Shown here: piece by piece, positions 21,575 through 31,062 of the stretch
Layout of the letters: each line of letters begins with the position of its first letter
How positions within the stretch are numbered: position 1 is the stretch's first letter
Source: a virus
Reading direction: 5' to 3' (one strand)
Length of the DNA: 64,000 nucleotides
UHGV virus genome: UHGV-0171999
Notes under the pieces: generated by a model
What the model was told of the DNA's origin: nothing
What the model saw: the letters and a program-made list of their open reading frames with translations, nothing else
The model's database searches: none
Position numbers and translations under genes: made by a program

Positions 21575-22036
21575 ATGACTATCAACACAGAAGTTTTTAT
21601 CCGTCGAAATAAGCTCCGTCGTCACTTTGAGTCGGAGTTTCGTCAAATTAACAATGAGATTCGTGAGGCATCAAAAGCAGCAGGGGTCTCATCGTTTCAT
21701 CTAAAATATTCTCAACATCTTCTTGATCGTGCAATTCAACGGGAGATTGATGAGACATATGTTTTTGAATTATTCCATAAAATAAAAGACCATGTTTTAG
21801 AAGTTAATGAATTCCTGAGTATGCCTCCGCGTCCTGACATTGACGAGGATTTTATCGATGGGGTTGAATATCGTCCTGGGCGTTTAGAAATCACAGATGG
21901 AAATCTTTGGCTTGGATTTACAGTTTGTAAACCTAACGCGAAGTTCAAAGACCCGTCACTTCAATGTAGGATGGCCATTATCAACAGCCGTCGTTTACCA
22001 GGAAAGGCTTCTAAAGCAGTAATTAAAACTCAATGA
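21575..22036 (+). CDS. regB: site-specific endoribonuclease RegB
   Basis: 153-aa ORF MTINTEVFIRRNKLRRHFESEF...; matches recalled T4 RegB; synteny next to vs. Confidence 0.75.
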   Translation: MTINTEVFIRRNKLRRHFESEFRQINNEIREASKAAGVSSFHLKYSQHLLDRAIQREIDETYVFELFHKIKDHVLEVNEFLSMPPRPDIDEDFIDGVEYRPGRLEITDGNLWLGFTVCKPNAKFKDPSLQCRMAIINSRRLPGKASKAVIKTQ

Positions 22037-22043
22037 GGTAAGC

Positions 22044-22589
22044 ATGAGAAAAGCACTACTCGCTGGTCTATTGGCCATTTCAATGATGGCACATAGCTCC
22101 GAGCATACTTTCAGTAATGTCCAACTCGATAACATGCGTTACGCGTATCAATTCGGGGAACAATTTTCTAAGGATGGAAAATATAAAACACACAAAAATA
22201 TCCATAAAAGCGGATTAGGTCATATAATGGCTGCTATTTTATGGCAAGAAAGCTCTGCCGGAGTTAATTTAAAATCTAAACCGAAGCATCATGCCTACGG
22301 AATGTTCCAAAACTATTTGCCGACCATGCGTGCAAGAGTTAAGGAACTTGGTTATAATATGACCGATGCCGAAATAAAAAGAATGTTGAATAAACGGTCC
22401 AATTCAGCTTCCTGGGCGTACATTGAACTTTCTTATTGGTTAAATATACATAAGGGTGATATAAGAAAGGCAATATCCTCTTATAATTCGGGATGGAATG
22501 TTAAAGCAGGTTCTAAATATGCTTCTGAAGTCCTAGAAAAGGCTAACTACTTTAAAAATAATAAACTACTGGAAATAGTAAATGACTAA
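22044..22589 (+). CDS. secreted lytic-transglycosylase-like protein (vs.1 position)
   Basis: Signal peptide MRKALLAGLLAISMMAHS; SLT-like motifs WQESSAG and YGMFQ. Confidence 0.5.
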   Translation: MRKALLAGLLAISMMAHSSEHTFSNVQLDNMRYAYQFGEQFSKDGKYKTHKNIHKSGLGHIMAAILWQESSAGVNLKSKPKHHAYGMFQNYLPTMRARVKELGYNMTDAEIKRMLNKRSNSASWAYIELSYWLNIHKGDIRKAISSYNSGWNVKAGSKYASEVLEKANYFKNNKLLEIVND

Positions 22590-22929
22590 AATTTTGGTTT
22601 TATGTATAGGATTAATTTCATTTTCTGCTTATGCGTCAGCAGATATATCATATTCTGAAGTTAGAGAGTATGTAAACCGTACTGCCGCGGATTATTGTGG
22701 GAAAAATAAAGCATGCCAAGCTGAATTTGCACAGAAATTAATATATGCATATAAAGACGGAGAAAGAGATAAATCAAGCAGATACAAAAACGATACATTA
22801 TTAAAACGATATGCTAAAAAGTGGAATACCTTAGAATGTTCAGTTGCGGAGGAGAAAGATAAAGCCGCTTGTCATTCAATGGTTGACCGTTTGGTAGATT
22901 CTTATAATCGAGGATTGAGTACTAGATGA
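22582..22929 (+). CDS. vs: valyl-tRNA synthetase modifier (Vs)-like secreted protein
   Basis: 115-aa ORF with signal peptide; size and position as recalled for T4 vs. Confidence 0.55.
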   Translation: MTKILVLCIGLISFSAYASADISYSEVREYVNRTAADYCGKNKACQAEFAQKLIYAYKDGERDKSSRYKNDTLLKRYAKKWNTLECSVAEEKDKAACHSMVDRLVDSYNRGLSTR

Positions 22930-23405
22930 TTGTAAAATATATCAAGGGCGATATTGTCGCCCTATTTCTTCAAGGTAATATTATTGCGCACGGGTGCAAT
23001 TGCTTCCACACAATGGGCTCTGGTGTAGCTGGTCAATTAGCAAGAGCCTATCCCAAAATTTTAGAAATAGATAAGACCACAACTGAATATGGTTCGCGTG
23101 AAAAACTCGGTGATATGTCTATTGTTTTTAGACATAAACCTAATGGTTTTGGTATATGCTATAACCTGTATACACAATACGAACCAGGTCCTAATCTTGA
23201 TTATGGTGCTTTAGTAAACTGCATGATAGAATTAAATCTACAGGCAGAAACCCTTTTGTTTAAACCAGTAATTTACATTCCACGCATAGGTTGTGGTATT
23301 GCTGGCGGTGATTGGGATAAGGTTTCTAAATTAATCGACATGTTTACTCCTGATATTGATTTAATAGTGGTGGATTATGAAAGTACATTACCCACATCCG
23401 TTTGA
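22926..23405 (+). CDS. macro-domain (ADP-ribose binding/processing) protein
   Basis: Motifs KGDIVA...IIAHGCNC...GSGVAG...RIGCGIAGGDW resemble the macro-domain fold. Confidence 0.55.
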   Translation: MIVKYIKGDIVALFLQGNIIAHGCNCFHTMGSGVAGQLARAYPKILEIDKTTTEYGSREKLGDMSIVFRHKPNGFGICYNLYTQYEPGPNLDYGALVNCMIELNLQAETLLFKPVIYIPRIGCGIAGGDWDKVSKLIDMFTPDIDLIVVDYESTLPTSV

Positions 23406-23589
23406 TCCTAAAAACAAAGCAGAAATTATTCGTCAATGGGAACGCATTTGCCGTACTAAATGCCCAATTAATAGTCCTCATGATGTAGATAAAGACTATA
23501 TTGGAACATTCGTTGAATATACCTTCATTGATAGGAAAGGTCGTAAACAACATGTAGAAGAATATTGCTTAAAGGTTACATGGTTATGA
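23377..23589 (+). CDS. hypothetical small protein
   Basis: 70-aa ORF. Confidence 0.3.
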   Translation: MKVHYPHPFDPKNKAEIIRQWERICRTKCPINSPHDVDKDYIGTFVEYTFIDRKGRKQHVEEYCLKVTWL

Positions 23590-23792
23590 GCCAAACTAGT
23601 ATTCTTAAAAATGCCCATTGTGAAAAGTGTAAATGGCCTGTTGTTTTTGCTTTATGTAATGATGAAATGGCCTGTGATTTCGACTATTGGTGCTATTGTT
23701 CTAATAAAGGATGCATCAATCATAAAGGTGAAGGATTTTATTCAGGATTTTATCCTTATCCTGATTTCGTTAAAGAAGGTAAACCAAAATGA
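23565..23792 (+). CDS. hypothetical Cys-rich small protein
   Basis: 75-aa ORF with CEKCKW...CNDEMACDFDYWCYCSNKGC. Confidence 0.35.
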   Translation: MLKGYMVMSQTSILKNAHCEKCKWPVVFALCNDEMACDFDYWCYCSNKGCINHKGEGFYSGFYPYPDFVKEGKPK

Positions 23793-23958
23793 ATAATTTT
23801 GAGTTACAATATGAAGTGTTACGTGAGCTTGATAATTTAATTGAACTCGCTGTTAATAAAGGTTTTGCCATTGGAATCGGTCAAAAAGATACTGACCATT
23901 TAACTACGGAAATATTTAAGCAAAAGCGAATTATTTTAAAACTCCTGGAAATTAATAT

Positions 23959-24144
23959 ATGAGTCTAAGTAAAGAACAAAAAGATAAATTGTTTGAGCTT
24001 ATCCATGAACTTCTAGATGAGCATGCAGAAGCAAACACCTTTTATGATGAATACGGCCCGCTATCTCCCGAACAACAAGAAGAATTTGCTGACCGGTTTG
24101 ATAAGAAAGAAAACGAATTAATAGCTTATGTGAATACGCTTTAA
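23959..24144 (+). CDS. hypothetical small acidic protein
   Basis: 61-aa ORF. Confidence 0.4.
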   Translation: MSLSKEQKDKLFELIHELLDEHAEANTFYDEYGPLSPEQQEEFADRFDKKENELIAYVNTL

Positions 24145-24153
24145 GAAGGTGAT

Positions 24154-24735
24154 ATGGCGAGTTTAATTTTTACTTATGCAGCAATGAATGCTGGAAAATC
24201 TGCTTCTCTTTTGACTGCCGCACATAATTATAAAGAACGTGGGATGAGTGTATTAGTTCTTAAGCCTGCTATTGATACTCGCGATTCTGTCTGTGAAGTC
24301 GTTTCTCGCATTGGAATTAAGCAGGAAGCGAATATTATTACGGATGATATGGATATTTTTGAGTTCTATAAATGGGCTGAAGCACAAAAAGATATTCATT
24401 GCGTATTTGTAGATGAAGCTCAATTTTTAAAAACTGAACAGGTGCATCAATTAAGCCGAATTGTTGATACATATAATGTTCCTGTTATGGCTTATGGTCT
24501 AAGGACTGATTTCGCTGGAAAATTATTTGAAGGTTCTAAAGAACTTTTGGCGATTGCAGATAAACTTATTGAACTGAAGGCAGTTTGTCATTGCGGCAAA
24601 AAAGCGATTATGACAGCTCGATTAATGGAAGATGGAACACCAGTTAAAGAAGGTAATCAAATCTGTATTGGTGATGAAATTTATGTTTCTTTGTGTAGAA
24701 AACATTGGAACGAATTAACTAAAAAGCTCGGTTAG
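24154..24735 (+). CDS. tk: thymidine kinase
   Basis: 193-aa ORF with P-loop AAMNAGKSASLL and C-terminal zinc motif; matches recalled T4 Tk. Confidence 0.9.
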   Translation: MASLIFTYAAMNAGKSASLLTAAHNYKERGMSVLVLKPAIDTRDSVCEVVSRIGIKQEANIITDDMDIFEFYKWAEAQKDIHCVFVDEAQFLKTEQVHQLSRIVDTYNVPVMAYGLRTDFAGKLFEGSKELLAIADKLIELKAVCHCGKKAIMTARLMEDGTPVKEGNQICIGDEIYVSLCRKHWNELTKKLG

Positions 24736-24744
24736 TGCAAAAGT

Positions 24745-24752
24745 TATAAATA
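24745..24752 (+). promoter_or_regulatory. late promoter TATAAATA
   Basis: TATAAATA about 26 nt upstream of ATG 24778. Confidence 0.45.
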
Positions 24753-24777
24753 GGTTTATCTAACTAAAGGGGTATAT

Positions 24778-24990
24778 ATGCTACAATTAACTGAAAAGCA
24801 ACTTCGCAATCTTACTGTTCTTCAATTAGATGAAATTCGTAGGGAAGTTGGAAATATCATTTCAGCTTTGCGTCGAGAAGTATCACTCAACCAATCTCCA
24901 GCAGACTATACTAGATTGCGAAATTTTGAAAAATACCTTGATAAAGTTAAGGCCGTGCACCGGCACAAAGTAAATACAGGACAAAAATGA
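24778..24990 (+). CDS. hypothetical protein (rI.1 position)
   Basis: 70-aa ORF. Confidence 0.45.
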
Positions 24991-25002
24991 TAGGAGGCCT
25001 TT

Positions 25003-25296
25003 ATGGCCTTAAAAGCAGCGGCACTATTCGCCATGCTAGGATTAGCGTTTGTTTTATCTCCACCGATTGAAGCGAACGTCGATCCTCATTTTGATAAATT
25101 TATGGAATCTGGTATTAGACATGTTTATATGCTTTTTGAAAATAAAAGCGTAGAATCATCTGAACAGTTCTATAGTTTTATGCGAACGACTTATAAAAAT
25201 GACCCGTGCTCTTCCGATTTTGAATGTATAGAGCGAGGCGCGGAGATGGCACAATCATACGCTAGAATTATGAACATTAAATTGGAGACTGAATGA
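25003..25296 (+). CDS. rI: lysis inhibition regulator rI
   Basis: 97-aa ORF MALKAAALFAMLGLAFVLSPPIEANVDPHFDKF...; matches recalled T4 RI. Confidence 0.8.
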   Translation: MALKAAALFAMLGLAFVLSPPIEANVDPHFDKFMESGIRHVYMLFENKSVESSEQFYSFMRTTYKNDPCSSDFECIERGAEMAQSYARIMNIKLETE

Positions 25297-25679
25297 AATT
25301 CAGCGACTTTTCACAAAGTGGAAAACCTTCAAAGGCAGATGAATACTTAGGTTTATTAATGGCTGCACAAGCTTATTTTCATTCTGCGCATTTTGAAACT
25401 AAAAGTTATGCTAGACACAAAGCATACGATTTTATTTTCTCTGAGTTGCCAGATTTGATTGATAAATTTGGTGAGCAATATTTGGGGTATTCTGGTAGAA
25501 AATACACACCTTCAATTCCAGATGCCAGTAAACTTCCTACCGACACAATTAAAATGATTGATCGTATACTAGACCAATCTAACAGCATTTATAAAGAAAT
25601 GCCTCCAGCCATTCAAAGCACGATAGATGATATTACTGGAATGTTTTACCAGAGTAAGTATCTTCTTTCCCTCGAATAA
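25293..25679 (+). CDS. hypothetical protein
   Basis: 128-aa ORF, ATGA-coupled to rI. Confidence 0.5.
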   Translation: MKFSDFSQSGKPSKADEYLGLLMAAQAYFHSAHFETKSYARHKAYDFIFSELPDLIDKFGEQYLGYSGRKYTPSIPDASKLPTDTIKMIDRILDQSNSIYKEMPPAIQSTIDDITGMFYQSKYLLSLE

Positions 25680-25684
25680 CATTA

Positions 25685-25706
25685 GTCTCCTTCGGGAGAC
25701 TTTTTT
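25685..25706 (+). terminator. intrinsic terminator (UUCG hairpin plus T-run)
   Basis: gtctcc-ttcg-ggagac followed by tttttt. Confidence 0.6.
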
Positions 25707-25716
25707 CATTTTACCG

Positions 25717-25746
25717 GTTTACTTTCCATTTGAGCTGTGATACTAT
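25717..25746 (+). promoter_or_regulatory. early promoter
   Basis: GTTTACT, 17 bp, TGaTACTAT. Confidence 0.55.
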
Positions 25747-25774
25747 ACAACCATCGGATAAAGAGGAGAACATC

Positions 25775-25963
25775 ATGAAAATTGAAGCACTTAATCAAGA
25801 AGGAAATATCTACGTCATCATTAATGGTGATTTTTTCGTCGACATGGATGAAGTTACTAGTGAAGAACTTGTAGAACTTCTTAAGAAACGTTATGATATG
25901 TGTGATGAAGCTGCAACTCACATGGCGTGTGCAATATTCTCTCTTTCATATGTGGTGGAATAA
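25775..25963 (+). CDS. hypothetical small acidic protein
   Basis: ORF 25730-25963 with start at Met 25775 after SD agaggag. Confidence 0.4.
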   Translation: MKIEALNQEGNIYVIINGDFFVDMDEVTSEELVELLKKRYDMCDEAATHMACAIFSLSYVVE

Positions 25964-26166
25964 TGATTAGTATCGAACAAGCAGATAAAATTAAAGAATT
26001 GGTAGCTTTAATTCGCAAAGCAGATGAGGAACTTAGTGACTTTGCTTGGTTTTCGGCAGGCATTGCAAATAAAGGCGCTGAAGAACTTGAAGCTAAAGTT
26101 GATAATGCTGTAGAAGCTTTAGATATGTTTCTTGATGAAATTATCGATCATAATACGAGAGTTTAA
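25963..26166 (+). CDS. hypothetical small acidic protein
   Basis: ORF 25927-26166, start at Met 25963 (taATGa overlap). Confidence 0.4.
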   Translation: MISIEQADKIKELVALIRKADEELSDFAWFSAGIANKGAEELEAKVDNAVEALDMFLDEIIDHNTRV

Positions 26167-26168
26167 GT

Positions 26169-26516
26169 ATGCTGACACGCGAACAGTTTGAAAAAATCAT
26201 TAAATTAGTACGTGATGTTGAAATAGATTCATATCAATTAGCAGTTGAGCATTGTGAAGGATACTCATACGATGGTATAGAAGCAGCTAAAAAGGATTTG
26301 GATAAATCCAAAGCTAAGTTAGTTCAATATCTTGAAATGATTAGGTGGACTGAAAAGCAGATGTTTTTAATGAAGCTAATTGAAGAATATGCTAATGCAG
26401 TTTCTGACTATGAGTATTCTGCTCGAGAAAGAGGTACAGCTTTCGCAAAGGAAGAAATGAAAATCATGGTTGATGCTCACACAAAGCTTCAGAATTTTAT
26501 TGAAAACGTCATTTAA
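26169..26516 (+). CDS. hypothetical protein
   Basis: 115-aa ORF. Confidence 0.45.
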   Translation: MLTREQFEKIIKLVRDVEIDSYQLAVEHCEGYSYDGIEAAKKDLDKSKAKLVQYLEMIRWTEKQMFLMKLIEEYANAVSDYEYSARERGTAFAKEEMKIMVDAHTKLQNFIENVI

Positions 26517-26518
26517 TG

Positions 26519-26548
26519 GTTTACAAGTTGGCAAGGTTATGGTATAGT
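26519..26548 (+). promoter_or_regulatory. early promoter
   Basis: GTTTACA, 17 bp, TGgTATAGT. Confidence 0.5.
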
Positions 26549-26729
26549 AATCTTGTCAACTGCCAAGGAGAAGAGAATGAAAGTTTTGTTTGTTGTGTAT
26601 GTGATGATTCAATATTATCACCCGATGTTTACTTATAATCTGGTGAACAACATTATTGATATTATTCAAAGGAGTATGTAATGACAAATGAACAAGCTTT
26701 TAAGTTAAGAGAATTAATTGAAACTTTAA

Positions 26730-27008
26730 TTGGTGAATAATGTGAGCTTTCCGAAATTAGAAGTAGGTGATTTAGTCTTAACAAAATTGTGGAATGATAC
26801 TCAATCAGTAGAAATCTGCCAATATCGTGGAGCAACAGGTAATTTGATGTACACGATTTATAATCCAGAAATTTTGTTAGAGTGTCATTTGGAACGCTTT
26901 ATAAAAGATACTGATAGTATGCCTTATAGTGTATCGATTGTACGTAAATCTAATACGAAGGAATACTCTAAAATTTTAGAACAAATTCATGCCAATAAAA
27001 AGGATTAA
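26730..27008 (+). CDS. hypothetical protein (non-ATG start)
   Basis: 92-aa ORF from the track, apparently TTG-initiated. Confidence 0.35.
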   Translation: MVNNVSFPKLEVGDLVLTKLWNDTQSVEICQYRGATGNLMYTIYNPEILLECHLERFIKDTDSMPYSVSIVRKSNTKEYSKILEQIHANKKD

Positions 27009-27009
27009 T

Positions 27010-27540
27010 ATGAAACGATTAGTATTAGAAGTTAGTCCGCTTTTTGGTGAATTGGCTATAGAAAAAGTAAATAACATGTATCGTTTGACGCAAGAAGACG
27101 ATATGCTATATTTTACGCCTAGTGAAATCATTCATTTAACCCAAATTGAATATCCTTATACCGATAAAATAGTAAGCATTAATGATGAGCATAAAATTCA
27201 TTTTTATTCTTCATGTCCAGGATTTAATATTAAAAGTGAGTCGATGTGTTTATCAGTTATCCATTGGGATAGTTTTATAGATAAGATTAAATATTTTTAT
27301 TATTCTAATGAAAGAAAACATAATTTAAAATGGTTTAAAAATTGCAATGCTATTATTACTAACGCTTGTAATCAAAATTATGAAACTGTTTTAGATGTAT
27401 CAAAATGCTATGAAGAGGGAGATGTCATAACTATTCGTCAATCGGTAAATGATGTTAATGTTGTTGTATTAAACAAAGAAGAAGCTGTTTTATTAAAGAC
27501 TTATCTTGATTCTGTCATTCCAACTATGGTTTCAAAGTGA
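27010..27540 (+). CDS. hypothetical protein, paralog A
   Basis: ORF 26989-27540, start at Met 27010; C-terminus AVLLKTYLDSVIPTMVSK. Confidence 0.5.
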   Translation: MKRLVLEVSPLFGELAIEKVNNMYRLTQEDDMLYFTPSEIIHLTQIEYPYTDKIVSINDEHKIHFYSSCPGFNIKSESMCLSVIHWDSFIDKIKYFYYSNERKHNLKWFKNCNAIITNACNQNYETVLDVSKCYEEGDVITIRQSVNDVNVVVLNKEEAVLLKTYLDSVIPTMVSK

Positions 27541-27546
27541 GGAAAT

Positions 27547-28068
27547 ATGTTTATTTCAAGTGGAAGCGGTTTAATTCGTGTTGAATTTAAAAATGACATC
27601 TTCCTTATTCAAGGAGATGATATTATTAAAATGAGCTATGATGAAATCAAGAAAATTTGTCATGCTCTTGAAAGTCATGGAAAGGAAAATGCTACTATCG
27701 ATATAGGTGATTTATGGGTGACACTCTATGAAGTATCCGAAGGATTTAACATTGAAGATGAAAACAACATCTTAGCTATTGATAAAAGAAGCGATTTGTT
27801 TGACGTGTTAAAAGTTTATGAACAGTCAAACGATGGAAGAAAAGCTGCATTGATTTATCAAAAACCACATTCATGTGGAACTGCTTCAATCATTTCAGAT
27901 ATTGAAGATGAAACTGATACTTATATGTGTGTTTTAAAAGCTGGTGGTGACCGTCATCCGGATTTTATTTCTATTCGTCAAAACAATGGAGAAATTTCAT
28001 TATCAAAATCAGAAGCTGAAGCTATGATTAAGTATTTAACAACTGTTACACCTTCAATGAAAGGATAA
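27547..28068 (+). CDS. hypothetical protein, paralog B
   Basis: 173-aa ORF; C-terminus AEAMIKYLTTVTPSMKG similar to the upstream ORF. Confidence 0.5.
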   Translation: MFISSGSGLIRVEFKNDIFLIQGDDIIKMSYDEIKKICHALESHGKENATIDIGDLWVTLYEVSEGFNIEDENNILAIDKRSDLFDVLKVYEQSNDGRKAALIYQKPHSCGTASIISDIEDETDTYMCVLKAGGDRHPDFISIRQNNGEISLSKSEAEAMIKYLTTVTPSMKG

Positions 28069-28070
28069 TT

Positions 28071-28532
28071 ATGATTATTAATGAAAGCTCTTGGCACTAT
28101 AAATTATTCAAAATGTTTAACGACGAATGGAAACGACCTAAGACACTGTGCGCGTATTTTTGGTCTATTGTTATCCCTACATTTTTCGTTTCTTTTTTCG
28201 GATGTACTATACTCGCAGGTCTAACTATCATCTGTGCAGAAATCATGCAGAAATGGCTTATTTTTGGTAGTTTATGGACTCTTATTCCAGCAGCATTTAT
28301 ACTTGCCATTTTGCTTGTTTTACTTATTATTGGTTCATTTGTTATTCCTGCACAACTACATGAAAAATATAAAGATTATAAATGGAAAAAGGATTATGCT
28401 TTACATGTAGAAAATATTGATAGGGCGTATAAAGGTTTACCTCCTATTCAACCCAAGAAATCTATTATCATCGAATTTTTAAAAGCGTGTAAAGCTAAAG
28501 TATGTCCTGTTATTGAATATAAGGCTGAATAA
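28071..28532 (+). CDS. membrane protein
   Basis: 153-aa ORF with two or three hydrophobic helices. Confidence 0.5.
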   Translation: MIINESSWHYKLFKMFNDEWKRPKTLCAYFWSIVIPTFFVSFFGCTILAGLTIICAEIMQKWLIFGSLWTLIPAAFILAILLVLLIIGSFVIPAQLHEKYKDYKWKKDYALHVENIDRAYKGLPPIQPKKSIIIEFLKACKAKVCPVIEYKAE

Positions 28533-29542
28533 TGAAAACAGTAATGAAAAGTTATTTTGGTAGTCATCTTTATGGAACTTCTACCCCAGAATCTGATGTA
28601 GATTTTAAAGAAATTTTTGTTCCTCCTGCTCGTGATATTCTTATCGGAAATGTTAAAGAGCATATGAGTAAAAACACTAACAACACATCATCTAAAAACA
28701 CTAAAGATGATATTGACCATGAACTATATAGTCTTAAGTATTTCTTTAAATTAGCAGCAGATGGTGAAACTGTAGCATTAGATATGCTCCACACTCCACC
28801 TGCACTAGTGGTTAAATCTGATTTGCCTGATGTGTGGAAGTTTATTCAAGACAACCGTTCTCGTTTTTATACAACTAACATGAAATCCTATTTAGGATAT
28901 GTCCGTAAGCAAGCTTCTAAATATGGCGTTAAGGGTTCTCGTTTGGCTGCATTACGTGATGTATTGAAAGTAGTTAATCAAATCCCTGAGCAATGGGTTG
29001 ATTACCAAGAAGATGGTTCTATTAAACAGCGTCGCACTAAAGTTGAAGATATTAAGCATCGTCTTCCAGAGAACGAGTTCTGCGAATGGGTGTTCCATAA
29101 TCATGAGAAAACAGGTCCGCAAACGTTCTATACAGTGTTGGGTCGTAAATATCAGACAACGCTTTCTCTTATTGAGCTTAAGCAGTCACTGAACAAATTA
29201 GATGCTGAATACGGCGAACGTGCTCGTAAGGCCGAAGCTAATGAAGGTATTGACTGGAAAGCTCTGAGCCATGCTTGCCGTGGTGGACTCCAACTATTGG
29301 AAATTTACAAAACTGGTGACTTGGTTTATCCACTCCAAGATGCTCCATTTATTCTCGATGTGAAGTTGGGTAAACACCCATTTAAAACGGTCCAAGAGTT
29401 TTTGGAAGATGTGGTCGATCAAGTAGAAGCAGCATCTACTGAAGCTTCTAAGAACGGTATGCAGCAAAAAGTGGACATGGGTTTCTGGGATGACTTCCTT
29501 GAGAGGGTGTATCTCGAAAACCATCGAAGTTATTATAAATGA
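28532..29542 (+). CDS. putative nucleotidyltransferase (Pol-beta-like NTase fold)
   Basis: N-terminal motif GSHLYGTSTPESDVD (GS-x9-DxD). Confidence 0.5.
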   Translation: MKTVMKSYFGSHLYGTSTPESDVDFKEIFVPPARDILIGNVKEHMSKNTNNTSSKNTKDDIDHELYSLKYFFKLAADGETVALDMLHTPPALVVKSDLPDVWKFIQDNRSRFYTTNMKSYLGYVRKQASKYGVKGSRLAALRDVLKVVNQIPEQWVDYQEDGSIKQRRTKVEDIKHRLPENEFCEWVFHNHEKTGPQTFYTVLGRKYQTTLSLIELKQSLNKLDAEYGERARKAEANEGIDWKALSHACRGGLQLLEIYKTGDLVYPLQDAPFILDVKLGKHPFKTVQEFLEDVVDQVEAASTEASKNGMQQKVDMGFWDDFLERVYLENHRSYYK

Positions 29543-29544
29543 TA

Positions 29545-29568
29545 GGGAGCCTTCGGGCTCCCTTTTTT
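29545..29568 (+). terminator. intrinsic terminator (UUCG hairpin plus T-run)
   Basis: gggagcc-ttcg-ggctccc followed by tttttt. Confidence 0.65.
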
Positions 29569-29593
29569 ATTTCAAAATTTTTTTCACAAAACA

Positions 29594-29623
29594 GTTTACA
29601 AGCATAAAGCTTTATGGTACTAT
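29594..29623 (+). promoter_or_regulatory. early promoter
   Basis: GTTTACA, 17 bp, TGgTACTAT followed by acaactatcaact. Confidence 0.6.
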
Positions 29624-29657
29624 ACAACTATCAACTGATACGGATTTGGAGAATAAA

Positions 29658-30626
29658 ATGAAAACTGTAACTATCAATAAGGGTATCTACTTCGGTAAAG
29701 AAATCTCTGGAACTTTTGAGCTCTTAGGCGAATGGTTCCCAGATAATGCTCCGGTAGATGCACAAGGAGATGGTAAAGTTTTTGTTGAAATTGACGGTAA
29801 ACGTCGCGGTGTTTGGGTTTACAAATCAGATATTTCATATGATGGTGTAAAAGTTGAAGAAGTTAAAGAATCATATGAAGATATGAAAACCCGCATTAAT
29901 AAAAGATTTAATGTTATGGGAATGATGACGAATGGTATTATTAACGGAAACATTCGTTCATTAATTATCTCTGGCGCAGCAGGTATTGGTAAAACGTATT
30001 CTTTAGATAAAGCTTTAAATAAAGCAAATGATATTGGATACATTGAATATAAAAGCATTAATGGTAAAATCTCTGGTATTGGTCTTTATGAGCAGCTTTG
30101 GAATAATCGTGAAGAGAATTCTGTCCTTTTGATTGATGATGTGGATGTTTTTTCTGATATGGACATTCTTAATCTTCTAAAAGCCGCTCTGGACACCGGA
30201 GAGACCCGTAAAGTATGCTGGAGCACTGCATCTTCCTACTTAGAAGAAAAAGGTATTGACCGTGAGTTTGAATTTAAAGGAACGATTGTTTTTATCACAA
30301 ACGTTGACATTGACCGCGAATTAGACCGTGGTACTAAACTTGCTCCACACTTACAAGCATTAGTGTCCCGCTCAGTTTATTTGGATTTGGGTGTTCATAC
30401 TAATGAAGAAATTATGGTCAGGGTTGAAGATGTTATTCTTTCAACTGACATGATGCAAAAGCGCGGTCTTTCTGATGAAGAAACTTATAAAGCATTATCA
30501 TGGATGAAAGTTAATGTAAACCGTTTACGCAATGTTTCACTGCGTACTGCTCTTTATCTTGCTGACTTTATTATGACCGACAAAAACGGTTGGGAAGAAA
30601 TTGCTGAGGTTACTCTTCTGAAATAA
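29658..30626 (+). CDS. putative P-loop ATPase
   Basis: ORF 29490-30626 with start at Met 29658; Walker A GAAGIGKT, Walker B-like VLLIDDVD. Confidence 0.55.
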   Translation: MKTVTINKGIYFGKEISGTFELLGEWFPDNAPVDAQGDGKVFVEIDGKRRGVWVYKSDISYDGVKVEEVKESYEDMKTRINKRFNVMGMMTNGIINGNIRSLIISGAAGIGKTYSLDKALNKANDIGYIEYKSINGKISGIGLYEQLWNNREENSVLLIDDVDVFSDMDILNLLKAALDTGETRKVCWSTASSYLEEKGIDREFEFKGTIVFITNVDIDRELDRGTKLAPHLQALVSRSVYLDLGVHTNEEIMVRVEDVILSTDMMQKRGLSDEETYKALSWMKVNVNRLRNVSLRTALYLADFIMTDKNGWEEIAEVTLLK

Positions 30627-30727
30627 TTCATAAGAGGACTTCTATGACAAAAAGGCAGTTCAGAAATAGATTATATGGACTGCCATTAAAAAGATGACTA
30701 GAATTAAACTGGTGAATGGAGGTAGTG

Positions 30728-31030
30728 ATGTTATACTCAAAGGCTCGTGAAATTTACGAAACTAAAATTAAAGAAGCAGTATTTCAGTTCGCAACGACAA
30801 TGCGATGGACAAATGATTGGGAGTATTCAAAAAATCATAAGAAGCCCATGGTGACAAGAAAGGCTCATATGTTAGTGTTAATAGACCGTGAGCAGATTAA
30901 AGCCCGAGAAGCCCTCCAGAATCATAAAAAGGCTGCCTTTGAATGGTTTATGGACCACACTGCTCCTGAGACTAAGAAAGCAGTGAGCGCCTGGTTCAGT
31001 GGAAAAAATTGTGAAAGAAGTTTCTTTTAG
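30728..31030 (+). CDS. hypothetical protein
   Basis: ORF 30716-31030 with Met at 30728. Confidence 0.4.
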   Translation: MLYSKAREIYETKIKEAVFQFATTMRWTNDWEYSKNHKKPMVTRKAHMLVLIDREQIKAREALQNHKKAAFEWFMDHTAPETKKAVSAWFSGKNCERSFF

Positions 31031-31032
31031 TG

Positions 31033-31062
31033 GTTTACAAGACTGTTCCTCTGTGGTACTAT
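31033..31062 (+). promoter_or_regulatory. early promoter
   Basis: GTTTACA, 17 bp, TGgTACTAT followed by acaactatcaactac. Confidence 0.6.

Noticed and set aside
29490-29657. N-terminal extensions of ORFs 29490-30626 and 55420-55854
   Set aside because: The extensions translate through terminator hairpins and early promoter elements (KIFFTKLFTS...); the real starts are Met 29658 and Met 55603, each preceded by an SD.
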